Shown one piece after another: positions 1 to 12,573 of a stretch of DNA of 64,000 bases. Position numbers and translations under genes: made by a program. The notes below the pieces were generated by a model, which was not told the DNA's origin, made no database searches, and was given only the letters and a program-made list of their open reading frames with translations. Every line of letters starts with the position of its first letter. Position 1 is the first letter of the stretch. Origin of the DNA: Squalus acanthias (lineage: Eukaryota). The stretch is taken from NCBI GenBank assembly GCA_030390025.1, contig CM059432.1, positions 102,798,001 through 102,862,000 on the forward strand, in the 5' to 3' direction.

Positions 1-381
1 TCCCAAGCCACCCTTGCTATCTGGTTTTCTAAGCTTGTAATAGCTTTGGCACCCAGCACACCTGCTAACCAGAAAATACAGCAAGGGCCACACAGCTGCA
101 TTTTTGAATACAAGAGTGAAACTCCTGCCTGCTTCAGGCAAGAGCTTCCACCACCTACTCATTGCATGCTGAGACCTCTGACAAAAGGCAAGATCAGCAT
201 TTAAACATGAGAGCAATGGGGATTAAGACAGCCTAAACTGGCCTATGGAAATTCTTCTCTTTATCTGCGCCATTCACTTCCATTATAGCCCTATATTCTT
301 GTTAAGATTTCTCTATGTGACTACAACCTTTTGTATGTACGCTACCGATGCATTATCAAGCACAACAGATCAGAATGCAAA

Positions 382-2556
382 TTTTTTTTTTTTATTCGTT
401 CGTGGGACTTGGGCGTCTTTGGCAAGGCCAGCATTTATTGCCCATCCCTTATTGCGAAGGTGGTAGTGAGCCACCTTCTTGAACCGCTGCAGTCCGTGTG
501 GTGAATGTACTCCCACAGTGCTGTTAGGAAGGGAGTTCCAGGATTTTGACCCAGTGATGATGAAGGAACGGCGGAATATTTCCAAGTAAGGATGGTGTGT
601 GACTTAGAGGGCAACTGGGAGGTGATGGTGTTCCCATGCTCCTGCTGCCCTTGTCCTTCTAGGTGGTAGAGGTTACGGGTTTGGGAGATGCTGTCGAAGA
701 AACCTTGGTGAGGTGTTGCAGTGCATCTTGTAGATGGTAAACACTGCAGCCATGGTATGCCGGTGGTGGAGGGAGTGAACGTTTAAGGTGCTGGATAGGG
801 TGCCAATCAAGCGGGCTGCTTTGTCCTGGATGGTGTCGAGCTTCTTGAGTGTTGTTGGAGCTGCACTCATCCAGGCAAGTGGAGAGTATTCCATCACACT
901 CCTTACTTGTGCCTTGTAGATGGTGGAAAGGCTTTGGGGAGTCAGGAGGTGAGACACTCGCCGCAGAATACCTAGCTTCTGACCTGCTCTTGTTGCCACA
1001 GTATTTATGTGGCTGGTCCAGTTAAGTTTCAGGTTAATGTTGACTCCCAGGATATTGATGGTGGGGATACAGCGATGGTAATGATGTTGACTGTCAAGTG
1101 GCAGTGGTTAGACTCTCTCTTGTTGGAGATAGTCATTGCCTGGCACTTCTGTGGCACGAATGTTACTTGCCACTTATCAGCTCAAACCTGAATGCCGTCC
1201 AGGTCTTGCTGCATGCGGGCATGGATTGCTTCATTATCTGAGGAGTTGTGAATGGTGCTGAATACTGTGCAGTCATCAGTGCACATCCCCATTTCTGACC
1301 TTATGATGGAGGGACGGTCATTGATGAAGCAGCTGAAGATGGTTGGGCCTAGGACAGTCCCCTGAGGGATTGCTGCAGCAATGTCCTGGGGCTGAGATGA
1401 TTGGCCTCCAACAACCACAACTATCTTCATTTGTGCTAGGTATGACGCCAGCCAGTGGAGAGTTAATTCCCATTGACTTCAACTTTACTAGGGCTCCTTG
1501 ATGCCACACTCGGTCAAATGCTGCCTTAATGTCAAGGGCAGTCACTTTCACATCACCTCTGGAATTCAGCTCTTTTGCCCATGTTTGGACCAAGGCTGTA
1601 ATGAGGTCGGGAGCCGTGAGGATTTGGCAGAACCCAAACCTAGCATCGGTGAGCAGGTTATTGGTGAGTAAGTGCCGCTTTATAGCACTGTCGATGACAC
1701 CTTCCATCACTTTGCTGATGATTGAGAGTAGACTGACGGAGCGGTAATTGGTCGGATTGGATTCGTCCTGCTTTTTGTAGACAGGGCATACCTGGACAAT
1801 TTTACACATTGTCGGGTAGATGCCAGTGTTGTAGCTGCACTGGAACAGCTTGGCTGGAGGTGCAACTAGTTCTGGAGCACAAGTCTTCAGCATGATAGCC
1901 GGGATGTTGTCAGGCCCACAAGCCTTTGCTGTATCCAGTGTGCTCAGCCATTTCTTGGTATCATGTGGAGTGGATCAAATTGGCTGAAGACTGGCTTCTG
2001 TGATGGTGGGGACCTCAGGAGAAGGCTGGGATGGATCTTCCATTCGACACTTCTGGCTGAAGATGGTTGCGAACGCTTCAGTCTTGTCTTTTGCACTCAC
2101 GTGCTGGGCTCTGCCATCATTAAGGATGGGGATGTTCATGGAGCCTCCTCCTGCCGTTAGTTGTTTAATTGTCCGCCACCATTCATGACTGGTGTGGCAG
2201 GACTGCAGAGCTTTGATCTGATCCTTTGATTGTGGGATCGCTTAGCTCTGTCTATAGCATGCTGCTTCCGCTGTTTAGCATGCATGTAGTCCTGTGTTGC
2301 AGCTTCCCCGAGTTGGCATCTCATTTTTTGTTGCCTGTTGCTGCTCCTGACATGGTCTTCTCCACTCCTTATTGAACCAGGGTTGGTCCTCTGGCATGAT
2401 GGTAATGGTAGAGTGAGGGATATGCCGGGCCATGAGGTTACAGATTGTGGTGGAATACAATTCTGCTGCTGCTGATGGCCCACAGTGCCTCATGGATGCC
2501 CAGTTTTGAGCTGCTAGATCTGACCTGAATCAATCCCATTTAGCACAGTGGTAGTG
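382..2556 (-). mobile_element. 5'-truncated CR1-group non-LTR retrotransposon (decayed RT) with poly(A) tail
   Basis: Frameshifted RT pieces: NYRSVSLLSIISKVME, ALDIKAAFDRVWH, IPQGTVLGPTIF, TDDCT, LSTIYKAQVRSVMEY. The T-run and TTTATT at ~382-397 read as AATAAA(A)n on the minus strand. Confidence 0.9.
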
Positions 2557-3063
2557 TGTTAGCATATGGAACTCGGTTAATCCAGCTTCTGAAAGGTGTT
2601 CATGTTTGGTTTCGTCGATATAGGGAAAATATATGGTTGGTATCATTGGAGAGAGAGAGAGAGACAGATTTCACTAAGCAACAGCTAGTGTTTACAACCA
2701 ACCGGCCTTGGATATTTTCAGAATAGAATGTTTCGATTAGAAATATTATGTTAGGATAAGAAGGTCTAGAGACTAGAAGGTTTATGCTTATTACAGCAAG
2801 GCCACGATGTTTTTATGTGCTTCGAACGTTGTTGATGTATGTCGAAGAAAATGCAGACTTGTGTCTCTGCAGTAGCCAGAGACTACCATATTAGGCAATG
2901 ACTGCTACAGTTTGATAAGAAAACAGTGTATAAATGCAAGCTTTTACCTTTGTTCAAGCAGCACGAAAAGTACCATGCTTAGGTTCGTGTGTTCTATCTG
3001 TGACTATACTCCATTTATAAATTGCTTTTTATGCTGAAGTTAAAGAATAAAATGATTATATCA
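2557..3063 (+). mobile_element. possible solo LTR
   Basis: Starts TGTT exactly where the LINE ends. TATAAA at ~2929, AATAAA at ~3046, ends ...ATCA. No TSD found. Confidence 0.35.
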
Positions 3064-3067
3064 TATC

Positions 3068-3126
3068 CATTAGTCCAGGCCTCTAGATTACTAGTCCAGC
3101 AACATAACCACTGTGCTACTCTACCC
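3068..3126 (-). mobile_element. tRNA-derived SINE head fragment
   Basis: Minus strand reads GGGTAGAGTAGCACAGTGGTTATGTTGCTGGACTAGTAATCTAGAGG, an A-box-like tRNA head. Confidence 0.55.
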
Positions 3127-3249
3127 TTAAATGGAAATGAACAAGCAGATGAGTTCATTCAAACACTCCCGCCAAAAGTGTTTTATTTCTTTTCTGACCA
3201 GAAGTTGATGTTAATAAAGAGTGAGACAGAAAAGAATGAGACATTTGAG

Positions 3250-3429
3250 CACTCTCACCTCTGAATCAGAAAGTTGTGGGTTTCAGTTCATAGACTTGAC
3301 TACATTATCTAGGCTGACACTTCAGTGCAGTACTGATGGAATGCTGCACTGGTTGTGGTGCCATCTTTCAGATTAAATGTTCAACCATGAGCCCCATCTG
3401 CCCTCTCAGGTGAACATAAAAGATCCCAC
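3250..3429 (+). mobile_element. DeuSINE (SacSINE1-like) fragment
   Basis: Deu-domain-like TGCAGTACTGA..TGCTGCACTG..GGTGCCATCTTTCAGAT..CCATCTGCCCTCTCAGGTGAACATAAAAGATCCCA. Matches the copies at 25192 and 52415. Confidence 0.75.
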
Positions 3430-4077
3430 CGCAGCAGAGGTCTGTAACAGCCTGCCTGGAGAAGCGCAGCCTCCTACTGCACTACTCCTCAGATAGATCC
3501 AAGAAATTGACTCTTCACCTGCTGTCTTCTGATAGGCCCCACTGTTGCTGCTAGTGCTGGTTGTTGAGGCTGATGCTCCTGTTCCTCCAACTGTCGCTCC
3601 ATCCAAATGAAACTCGCAATAACAGCACCCATTATAAGCAGATTAACACTTTCTGAGGGCAACAATGCAAAACGAAAGTGAGAAAGAAGTAATCTGTAAA
3701 CTGGAAACTCTTCTCGCAATTCAAATAGCACAAAGATCCTATGATGTTAATAGCTACAGATGAGTGTCCCTTTAAATACTGCTTCAGTGTCTCTCAGAGA
3801 CCAATTCTGACAGCCTTCACTGGCGGGATGGGCTTTGGATGGGACTTCCATGATTTTCAGTTAAAATGGCGTTGTAATCTTAATTACATCATAGGATCTC
3901 GATTTGAATATATTTGAGGCCCCTGCCTGTGGCGATGCCTTGGCCACCTCCAAACGTATGCAGTTAAAATGACAGGGGACGGGAGCACATTGCGAATATA
4001 ATAATAAATACTCTATCGCTATTTTAACCACCCACCTGCCCTGTTCCCGTCGAGCGGACAGGATTAAAAATCAGGGC
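3430..4077 (-). mobile_element. Harbinger end fragment with transposase N-terminus
   Basis: MGAVIASFIWMERQLEEQ resembles the MGA- starts of the other Harbinger transposases in the window. TIR-like AAAATCAGGGC followed by TTA at ~4067-4080. Confidence 0.5.
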
Positions 4078-4672
4078 TTATGTCAGCATTCAAGATTGGA
4101 TTGAATAGGTAGACAAAGGGAAAGGGGTTGAAGGTGTATGAGAATAGGGTGGGTAAATGTAATTCAAGCGTTTTTCTCGCGTGGAGGGTAAAGGCTGACA
4201 CGGTGGGGGGGCAGGGGTGGGAAATCCCAGTTGGAGCAGTGAGGTGGCTGTAGGCCTCACAGTCCCATTTTCCTGTCATTTCCACTGGAATCACTGAGGA
4301 AAATCCCATTAAATTTCCAGAAAAGCTTACAGAAACGGTCCTGCTGATCCCACAAACTCTGCCGTGGAGGGCACTGGAGGCTGATATCCTGACCTAGCTG
4401 CCACAATCACATCCCGCAGACATTCGAGCCTGTAATGATATCTTAGCTTGAGTATGGGAATTTATACACATTCCTTTAACATATCTCAATGTTTTAATCA
4501 ACCACAAGTGATTCGAACCAGACTGGAAGAGTAGGGATGACTGCATAAACAGTTTGAAAACTGCTCAACATTTCCGGAATATATAGATGTTTTCTATCAC
4601 AATAAAATCTAGTTGTTTTTCCATTATCACTTCAATTATTAGGAATCCTAATAAAATAAACTTTAAAACAAT

Positions 4673-5383
4673 GGCCTGGAGTTTGCGCTTGATTGCGCTG
4701 GTTTTTTCGGCGCAATTCGGCCAAATTCAACGTCACTGGCGCAAAAGATCGTGGAATTTTAAGCGCAATTTGCATTCAGCACAATTCGAGTTTCCACGAT
4801 CTTTTGCGCTAGTTTTAAAAATATCACACTCAAAGCAGGCCCCGCCCACAAAATTGGCCACGCCACCCCCAGGGTGAATTAATCACCATTGGGAGTTTAT
4901 GCTAATTGCGCTCGTTTCCAGCCCTTCAGGGAGGCTTTAAAAATTAAGCTGGTTCTTTTGGGCACAATGACACTAATAGGTACGTTTTAAAAGCTTTTAA
5001 AGTGATTTTTGTTTTAATTTAATAAGAAACTGACTAATGTACCCCAATATAACTAGAAAATAGTTTTATATATGTTTTACAAGTGGATTTCAGTAATTTA
5101 ACATTGGGTTACTCAAAGCGGGTGAATTGACACTGTGATTAAAAATGCTTATTTTTTGTGATAAACCTATTTTCAGTTGTATTAATCAAACTGCACTTCT
5201 AAATATATGAAGGAAATTTGTTTAAAGGAAATCTTAAAAAAAAAATTACCTTTTAAAATGCTGCCTGATTGTGCTGGTTCATGGCAGATTTTGTGTTCGG
5301 CGATAGGCAAATGAGTTTGTGTGGAAACTCGGGGAAATTTTTTTTTTCACAACGGGTGCGATTTTGGGCAGAAACTCTACCCC
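4673..5383. mobile_element. Harbinger-type MITE
   Basis: Imperfect TIRs GGCCTGGAGTTT / AAACTCTACCCC, GC-rich subterminal arms, AT-rich core, flanks AAT/ACT. Confidence 0.7.
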
Positions 5384-6247
5384 ACTATTGTTAGTAAAAT
5401 AGGTTCTTCATGTTTGGCTTCGAGACATTTCTCACATCTGTAGGTAGCTGAATGAACTTTTCACATTGATACCACTCAAGTGGCTCATTAGCTGTTTCAG
5501 AAGTCTTAAAGGAATATTATTGCTGATGAGGTATGATTGGCGTTTTTTTCATTCTTGGTAACAAAACGGCATTCAGTGAAACTGTGCAGTTCTAAAGTGC
5601 ATGTGGATCATAAGTTTTGATGAACATCTGTTTTTCTTGAACAGAGGTACTAGTTTGTAAATAATAACAGATTTGTAATCTTGATCTTTAATCATGCTGT
5701 CTATCCTTAATAACAGCTTACTGTACATTTTGCACCCCATTATTACTAAAATTGTTAGAATCAGTTTTATTTTTACTTTTTTTTTACCAATTACTTTGAT
5801 AAATTGAAGTATACACTAATCAGCAGAACATCAGTACTCAAATGAAGTACGATTTACCAAGATTGTATTTTTCCTCATTTTTACTGTTTAGGCACGAATT
5901 CTGGGGGGTAGTAGCAATGAAACACAACTCCCTGGGTCTTCATGGTGCTATTTCATATACCACTAAAGAAAGCTCCAAGCAGGAAGGGAACAATCCTGAT
6001 AAACATGGCATATATTGATGTGCTGAAAGGCTTGCCAATCTCAATAGTTCAGCTTTATTGTTGGACCATTTCCCTTGCTGTTTTACAATTAATAACAACA
6101 TACAGGGACTATTGATTATCTAATTTACTTTATTCTCCATGCACAACATTTCTTTAATCAGTTCGGTCATCCCCTTTAAAAATCTATAACAGTTAAGTTC
6201 TCACAAAAAGCCACACAAATATCATCACTATTTTCCCCACAATAAAT

Positions 6248-6897
6248 GGGACAGAAACTGGACCTCGTTGCGACCATTTAGAGAACAGGGGGAAAAAGGT
6301 CCAATTTCACAAGGCTATGTCAGAAATACCAGCTGAAATACTTCCGACCCCATATTGGGTCAGGCAATTTTTCAGGCATTTCTGGTGGTCACCTAAAATA
6401 GGCGTTAGGCCTCATGTATCTGTTAATTAGGGGCCTAATTCTTGTTTTAAGTCAGCTTCCTGAAATTGGGCTGACCTGAGTAGAGCAGTCCTGGCACTTA
6501 CTCCGCTCAGGTATTCCTGCATTGGATGCGACCTTACAAGGGGCTGCCATCAATAGGTGTTTTTTTTTATACCTTCATGTGGAGCCAGGAGGAGCAGGAG
6601 TGCTCCTCCCGTCTCCACAGCACTCCTGAGGGCTGCTGGCGGCCCGCGATCGCGTCCCCCCCCCCCCCTCAACCCCCCCACCAACTCCCATTCTCTTTTC
6701 CTTCACTTCCAACACAAATTGGATCCCTCGAAATAGGCAAGCTGCCTCTGGAGGCACAACAGGCAGCTCGCTCCAATTATTCAGATGAGGCCTGAGGCCC
6801 AATTTCGTTAGGGCTTCGAACCTTTCGGTTCAGGTGCAGCAGCTGTTTCCTGCGCCCAGTTTGCACTGGCCTAGCAGCATGAACAAATTATTAGCCC
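6248..6897. mobile_element. Harbinger-type MITE
   Basis: Ends GGGACAGAAACT / AATTATTAGCCC, flanks AAT/AGT. Internal GTGGAGCCAGGAGGAGCAG motif is shared with the elements at ~9450 and ~59740. Confidence 0.6.
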
Positions 6898-7269
6898 AGT
6901 AACTCCAATGTGTCACTTACAGCCATTATGGCTTCTGTCTTCATGAATTTCAAATTTATGAGAAAATAGTAAAAGACATCATGGCTGCTGTCTTCAGAAA
7001 TGTAACATTTAGGATTTAAAATAATAAGAGATTGCTAGTATCAGAAATCTAGCAGTTTTCACAGTAACATGTTTGAATTATGTTGGCTCCACAGAACAGA
7101 TTACAGCAGATTGACACGTCCACCAGCATCATCAACAAAGTGACTATTGTTTGTACACAGCAATATCTGGTTTCCAATCCTGAATGAAAGATTCAATCTA
7201 TTTTACTCAATCTATTTTTCATTCTACAAATAACAGAACTATCCATCTTCTAAGTTTAGAGGAAACTGT

Positions 7270-7440
7270 GTCTGATGACACGGCTTTCAAAAGGGAGTTG
7301 GATAAGTATCTGAAGGAAAGAAATTTGCAGGGCTATGTGGAAAGGGCGGGGGAGTGGGACTAGCTGAAGTGCTCTTGCAGAGAGCTGGCACGGGCTCGAC
7401 GAGCCAAGTGGCCTTCTTCCATGCTGTAACCATTCTATGA
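7270..7440 (+). mobile_element. CR1 3' end fragment
   Basis: TTCAAAAGGGAGTTGGATAAGTATCTGAAGG...GCAGGGCTATG...ATTCTATGA matches the CR1 3' ends at ~43200 and ~53300. Confidence 0.8.
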
Positions 7441-7837
7441 GTTCAAAATCACAGACTGACTAGACAAATGCCAATCACATGTGACAGGCAGTAAGATTAG
7501 GCAATTGCAGCAACTGCAGATATAATAGATCTGTTATTGATTGTAGAGGTTGCTTACTTTCTTCCGAAATGAGATTACCATGCATGAAAGAAAAGTGTAA
7601 TAATAAAAATTGCTGGAATTAGATTTTAAAATTGTTTTGAGGATATAAGTACCTTCTGCACAAATATGTGGAAAATATTTCATTCTATGTCCATCAAGCT
7701 TTTCCAAAAAGTCTTTGCCGATTTTGAAAGGTTGTATGGACTCATGGCCAACTGTGTGGTATTTTTTCTGTTATGGCAGGATCAACCTGGCTTCACTGTA
7801 AACCGTAACAACCAAAGTTTTTTCAACTAAACAAACT

Positions 7838-8606
7838 AGGCTGGATTTTGCTCAGAGCGTGCTCTGTTCATTACTCTTACATTTGCCTATAGATTTTCTA
7901 TGGGCTTTTGTACTGGAAGTTGCTGTCAATCAACTATCCAAATAGCACAGCGCCCTCTACATATTGAATTCAATGTCAAATCAGGTACAAAATGCAAAAT
8001 AAAGAAAGAGAAAGAAAAATGGGATTAAGGGAGAGCCAAAAAAACAGGCAGAAATCAAAAGTAAAAAATATAATTTTTATTTATATTTTTTAATTCTTTT
8101 AAATCTCCAACAATAATTAAAATCTGAATGAATGAGACTCCACACTTTTAAAGGTTAATTTTCAGTGCCAAAGAGGTTGGAATGGACAATCCCTAACTTT
8201 TTCTGGCAAGTTTAGTTCGTATGCAGGAAAGAAAAAAAAGAAAAAGAAAGAAAGAAAGACTTGCATTTATATAGCACCTTTCACGACCACCGGACGTCCC
8301 AAAGCACTTTACAGCCAATTAAGTACTTTTTGAAGTGTAGTCACTGTGGAATGCAGGAACGAAAAATGCTATGATAAAAATTACTGGGATTAGATTTTAA
8401 AATGTTGTAATGTATGAGGTAAGTACAGCAACTTCAGGCTGTTCAATATATTTGAATGGCGAGTATCTCGGTATCACGCAGCTTTTGGAGGAGCAGGGCA
8501 TCTTGGACAGCAACTTCCTGATTTCTACGTTTAACTGCGCATATACGGTCGCTGGAAGTTGCTGTCCGATTTCCAGGTAAATAACGGTGAGCGCTATTTC
8601 GGCCCA
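7838..8606. mobile_element. Harbinger-type MITE containing a SINE tail
   Basis: Left GGCTGGATTTTGCTC, right ATTTCGGCCC. Related to the MITE at 51101-51636. DeuSINE/L2-type 3' tail with (GAAA)n at ~8227-8410. Confidence 0.6.
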
Positions 8607-8899
8607 TCGTACAAAGAATTCAAATCAAGCAACATTACTAATACTAGTGACCCTGAGACCACCTGCAGGTTTACAAGGTCGTTTTTTTCCTTTTCAAACA
8701 ATGTTCTAAACCATTCAGAGCGTTAAAAAGAAACAACTGTTAGTGAAAGAAAAGATGCAGAAGGCAGGCTCATTCAATTAACCCCTCACATGAATACTAA
8801 TGAAGTAGCTGGTTACATTCCTTTAAAAAATATGCAATGCAACACACAAAGAAAATACTGAGCAAAAAATTCTCAAAGGGATGCTATAATAATACTGTT

Positions 8900-9185
8900 T
8901 GAACATCTAGCCCAGTTAGTCTAACATCAGTTGTGGGGAAATTTTTAGCCTCCATGATTTGAGATAAAATTAGTGAGCATAAGAAATGACTGATTGTAGA
9001 GACAAGTGAATGTAGTAGTTGTAGTGTACATGGATTTTCAGAAGGTGTTTGATAAAGTGTCTCACAGGAGGATTCCTACAAAAATTCGGGCATTTTACAT
9101 ACGAGAAAATGTAGCAGCGTGGGTAAAATGTTATAGTTGACAGATGAAATCAAAGGGTTGGTGTTAATGGGATCAGCGTTAACAA
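8900..9185 (+). mobile_element. old CR1 RT fragment
   Basis: Degenerate PVSLTSVVGK and VYMDFQKVFDKVSHRR coding remnants. Confidence 0.7.
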
Positions 9186-9204
9186 GTTTCTAACAGTCTC
9201 AAAA

Positions 9205-9745
9205 TGGGGTTGATTAATGCCCCATAACGCCAAGGCCATTTTTAAAGAGGACCCACCACTAGTTGGCCAAAACGTCCAGCGGCTTCAGGCGGTCGGCACT
9301 TTTAATACGCAAATAGGGGTCCGATGCTGCACATGGGACACTGACTACCATTTTGGGAGACAACTGGCAGCGCCGTGGATACTCCAACCAGTTTTACTGG
9401 CGGTACAGCAGAAGGGCTCCCAAAAAGGTAAGTTTTAAATTATTTTTGTGGAGCCAGGGAGATCACGGGCTCCACCCATCCCCCGTCTGCCATCGCGAAT
9501 GTCCCCCAGGACTTAACTTGCTGCCGGCTGCATGGCCCTTGAGCCACCCCATATTGCGCCAACCTGAATCCAGCAAGCGGCTTTGGGAAGCACATTCGGG
9601 ACGGGCAGCTCGCCAGTTTTAATTAAATGAGACCCAAGCCTTCAGATGGCTCCACCCTCATTATTCCCGACACGAGCAAGCGACCAGCATGCTCCACCAG
9701 TCGGCCGCCCTCAAGCTACCCCATTGGGAGCTACTTGGAAATGGA
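9205..9745. mobile_element. Harbinger-type MITE, right end truncated by L2
   Basis: AAT then GGGGTTGAT terminus; shares internal motifs with 6248-6897. Confidence 0.45.
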
Positions 9746-9749
9746 GAAC

Positions 9750-12338
9750 TACAACAACAACAATTTACATTTATATAGCACCTTTAATGTAGTAAAACAT
9801 CCCAAGGCACTTCACAGGAACATTATAAAAACAAAATTTGACACCAAGCCACATAAGGAGATATTAGGGCAGATGAGATGTAGGTTTTAAGGCGTGTCTT
9901 AAAGGAGGAGAGAGAGGTAGAGGGGGGGAGAGGTTTAGGGAGGGAATTTCAGAGCTTAGTGCTTGTGCAACTTAAGGCACGGCCGCCTCTGGTAGAGTGA
10001 TTTGTAAGAAATAGCTATTAGATTCATAGATGAAGTTTGACTCATAGAACAGAAATCAAAATGCAGTCAGGAACAAATGGTTGAAGTGTCAGCAAGGTCA
10101 ATTAACAAACACCAAAATGATAAGAAGATCGTAAAATGCAAGAAAACACGGGAGGATAATTGTGGCTAGACAATAAGGAGCCACGAAGTCATAAAATGTC
10201 CTTAAAGAAACATAACAAAACATTCCCCAGAAAGATAAGAGAAAGGCCTCGTCAGCCATGCAGAAAGGGGCAGTGAGGGATGTCTTCCCGCACCACACTT
10301 GGATTATAGATGATTATAGGTGATTGACACTAGATAGATCACAGCCCACCGAAATAACTATAAATATAGAGGGCTGAGAAAAGAAATCAGGCAGCGAGGG
10401 GCGAAGGCTTTTTTGAGGTGGAAATCAATGCTGGCTCAGGCCTAACACCTTGACTAAGTTTAGCCTCTGAGGTGGATCAATGCTGGCTTATGCCTAATAC
10501 CTCCAACAGCCCGGGGGACGAATCAACAGAAGTGCCTGCTGTTACTGACCGCAGAGACCTGCTGACCCGAGACCTTCACGCTGTCTCATCAGACATCTAA
10601 CCAACCGTCCGTCCGGTCCGCTTCGGGAGTCGGAGATCGCTTTCTACTGTCATGGGTTGTATGTCTATTATACTGAGATCGCTTTCCACTGTCATGGGTT
10701 GTATGTCTATTATACTCAGCTTAAACCATATGTAATATCTGATTATGCTTTAAAACTGTAGCTCTTTAATAAAAGCCTTGCAACTCCTAAAACCCTTTGG
10801 GTAATCTGTGTGTGACCTTTGATCCTAATCTTACAGATTGAAATCGCAGATGCACAAGAGGCCAGAATTGGAGGAGCGCAGATATCTCAGAGGGTTGTAG
10901 GGCTGGAGAAGTTTACAGAGATAGGGAGGGGGCGAGGCTATGGAGGGATTTGTAAACAAGGATGAGAAATTTAAAATCGAGGCGTTGCTTAACCAGAAAC
11001 CGAGGTAGGTCAGCGAGCACAGGGGTGATGGGTGAACGGGACTTGGTGCAAGTTTGGATATGGGCAGCAGAGCTTTAGGTGAGCTTAGGTTTATGGAGGA
11101 TGGAAGATGGGAGGCCAGCCAGGAGTGCGTTGGAATAGTCAAGTCTAGAGGTTACAAAGGCATGGATGAGGATTTCAGCAGCTGAAGCAGGGGCAGAGTC
11201 AGACATTGTTATGGAGGTGGAAGTAGGCGGTCTTAGTGATGGCGCAGATATGTGTTCGGAAGCTCATCTCTTGGTCAAATATGACACCAAGGTGCGAACA
11301 GTCTGGTTCAACCTCAGACAGTTGCCAGGGAGAGGGATGGAGCTGATGGCTAGGGAACAGAGTTTGTGGTGGGCACCGAAGACAATGGCTTTGGTCTTCC
11401 CAATATTTAGTTGGAGGAAATTTCTGCTCATCCAGTACTGTATGTCGGACAAGCAGTCTGACAATTAGAGACAGTGGTGTGGTCGAGAGAGGTGGTAGTG
11501 AGGTAGAGCTAGGTGTCATCAGTATACATGTGGAACCTGATGTTGTGTTTTCAGATGATGTCGCCAAAGGGGAACATGTAAATGCGAAATAGGAAAGGGC
11601 TAAGGATAGATCCTTGGGGGACACCAGAGGTAACAATGCGGGAGTTGGAAGAGAAGCAATTGCAGGTGATTCTCTGGCTATGACTGGATAGATGAGAATG
11701 GAACCAGGCAAGTGCAGTCCCACCCAGCTGGATGACGGCGGAGAGGTATTGGAGGAGGATGGAGTGGTCAATGGTGTCAAAGGCTGCAGACAGGTCGAGA
11801 AGGATGAGGAGGGATAGTTTGCCATGGTCACAATCACATAGGATGTAATTTGTGACTTTGATGAGAGTCGTTTCGGTACTGTGGCAGGGGCAGAAATCTG
11901 ATTGGAGGGATTCAAACATGGAGTTATGGAAAAGATGAGCATGGATTTGGAAGGCGACAGCACATTCAAGAACTTTGGAGAGGAAAGGGAGGTTGGAGAA
12001 GGGGCGGTAGTTTGCAGGGACAGAGGTCAAGAGTTTTTTTTGAGGAGAGGGGTGATAACGGCAGATTTGAAGGGGAGGGGGACAGTACCTGAGGAGAGAG
12101 AATCGTTAACAATATCAGCTAACATGCGGGCCAGGAATGATGGTCAGCAGTTTAGTGGGAATAGGGTTGAGGGAGCAGGAGGTGCATCTCATGGACAAGA
12201 TGAGCTCGGAGAGGGCATGAGGGGAGATAGGAGAGAAACTAGAGAAAGATGCGAGTTCAGGGCTAGGGCAAGGGGGAACCTTAGAGGAAATTTGGCTCAG
12301 TAGGCTAGGGGAAGGGAGGCAAGCAGCAGAGGCAGCTT
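9750..12338 (-). mobile_element. L2 LINE, 5'-truncated, interrupted by a solo LTR
   Basis: NYRPFSNLPFLSKVLE, LILLDLSAAFDTIDH, GVPQGSILSPFLF, WMSRNFLQLNIGKT. L2-type tail CATTTATATAGCACCTTT with (CAA)n at ~9750. Confidence 0.92.
10003..10835 (+). mobile_element. solo LTR (833 bp) with 4-bp TSD
   Basis: TGTAAGA...TCTTACA inverted termini; TSD GATT (9999-10002 / 10836-10839); TATAAATA at ~10359; AATAAA at ~10768; internal ~43-bp tandem duplication at ~10633-10717. L2 is contiguous once it is removed. Confidence 0.9.
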
Positions 12339-12573
12339 GTTATGTTGTGGGCAGCATGTTAAATTGGTGGTGCCTGCTCTTTTACATGATTTCTGCAAGC
12401 AGCCAGCACGACCCGCACTGTTCATTGGCTACACGCGTCAGCAGGGGGCCGATATCTCGAGTGGCTAGCGCTACTTAAAGGTAGCCTGCACCTCTTAAAG
12501 GGGAGGTGTATTGTGGCTACAAGAAGTGGTGGGAGTTTTTCAAAAGTCAGTCTGGGCTGTGATAATTTGAGCA

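Noticed and set aside
5880..6020. Plus-strand exon after TTTTACTGTTTAG
   Set aside because: No recognisable peptide and no convincing donor.
10417..10717. CRISPR-like or regulatory repeat array
   Set aside because: Only two short duplications inside a solo LTR; no repeat-spacer series and no cas genes; eukaryotic context.
11199..11969. 256-aa Ser/Pro-rich ORF and similar long alternative-frame or antisense ORFs (e.g. 16061-16477, 33066-33641, 35643-36224)
   Set aside because: Shadows of L2, RTE, Penelope and CR1 coding sequence.
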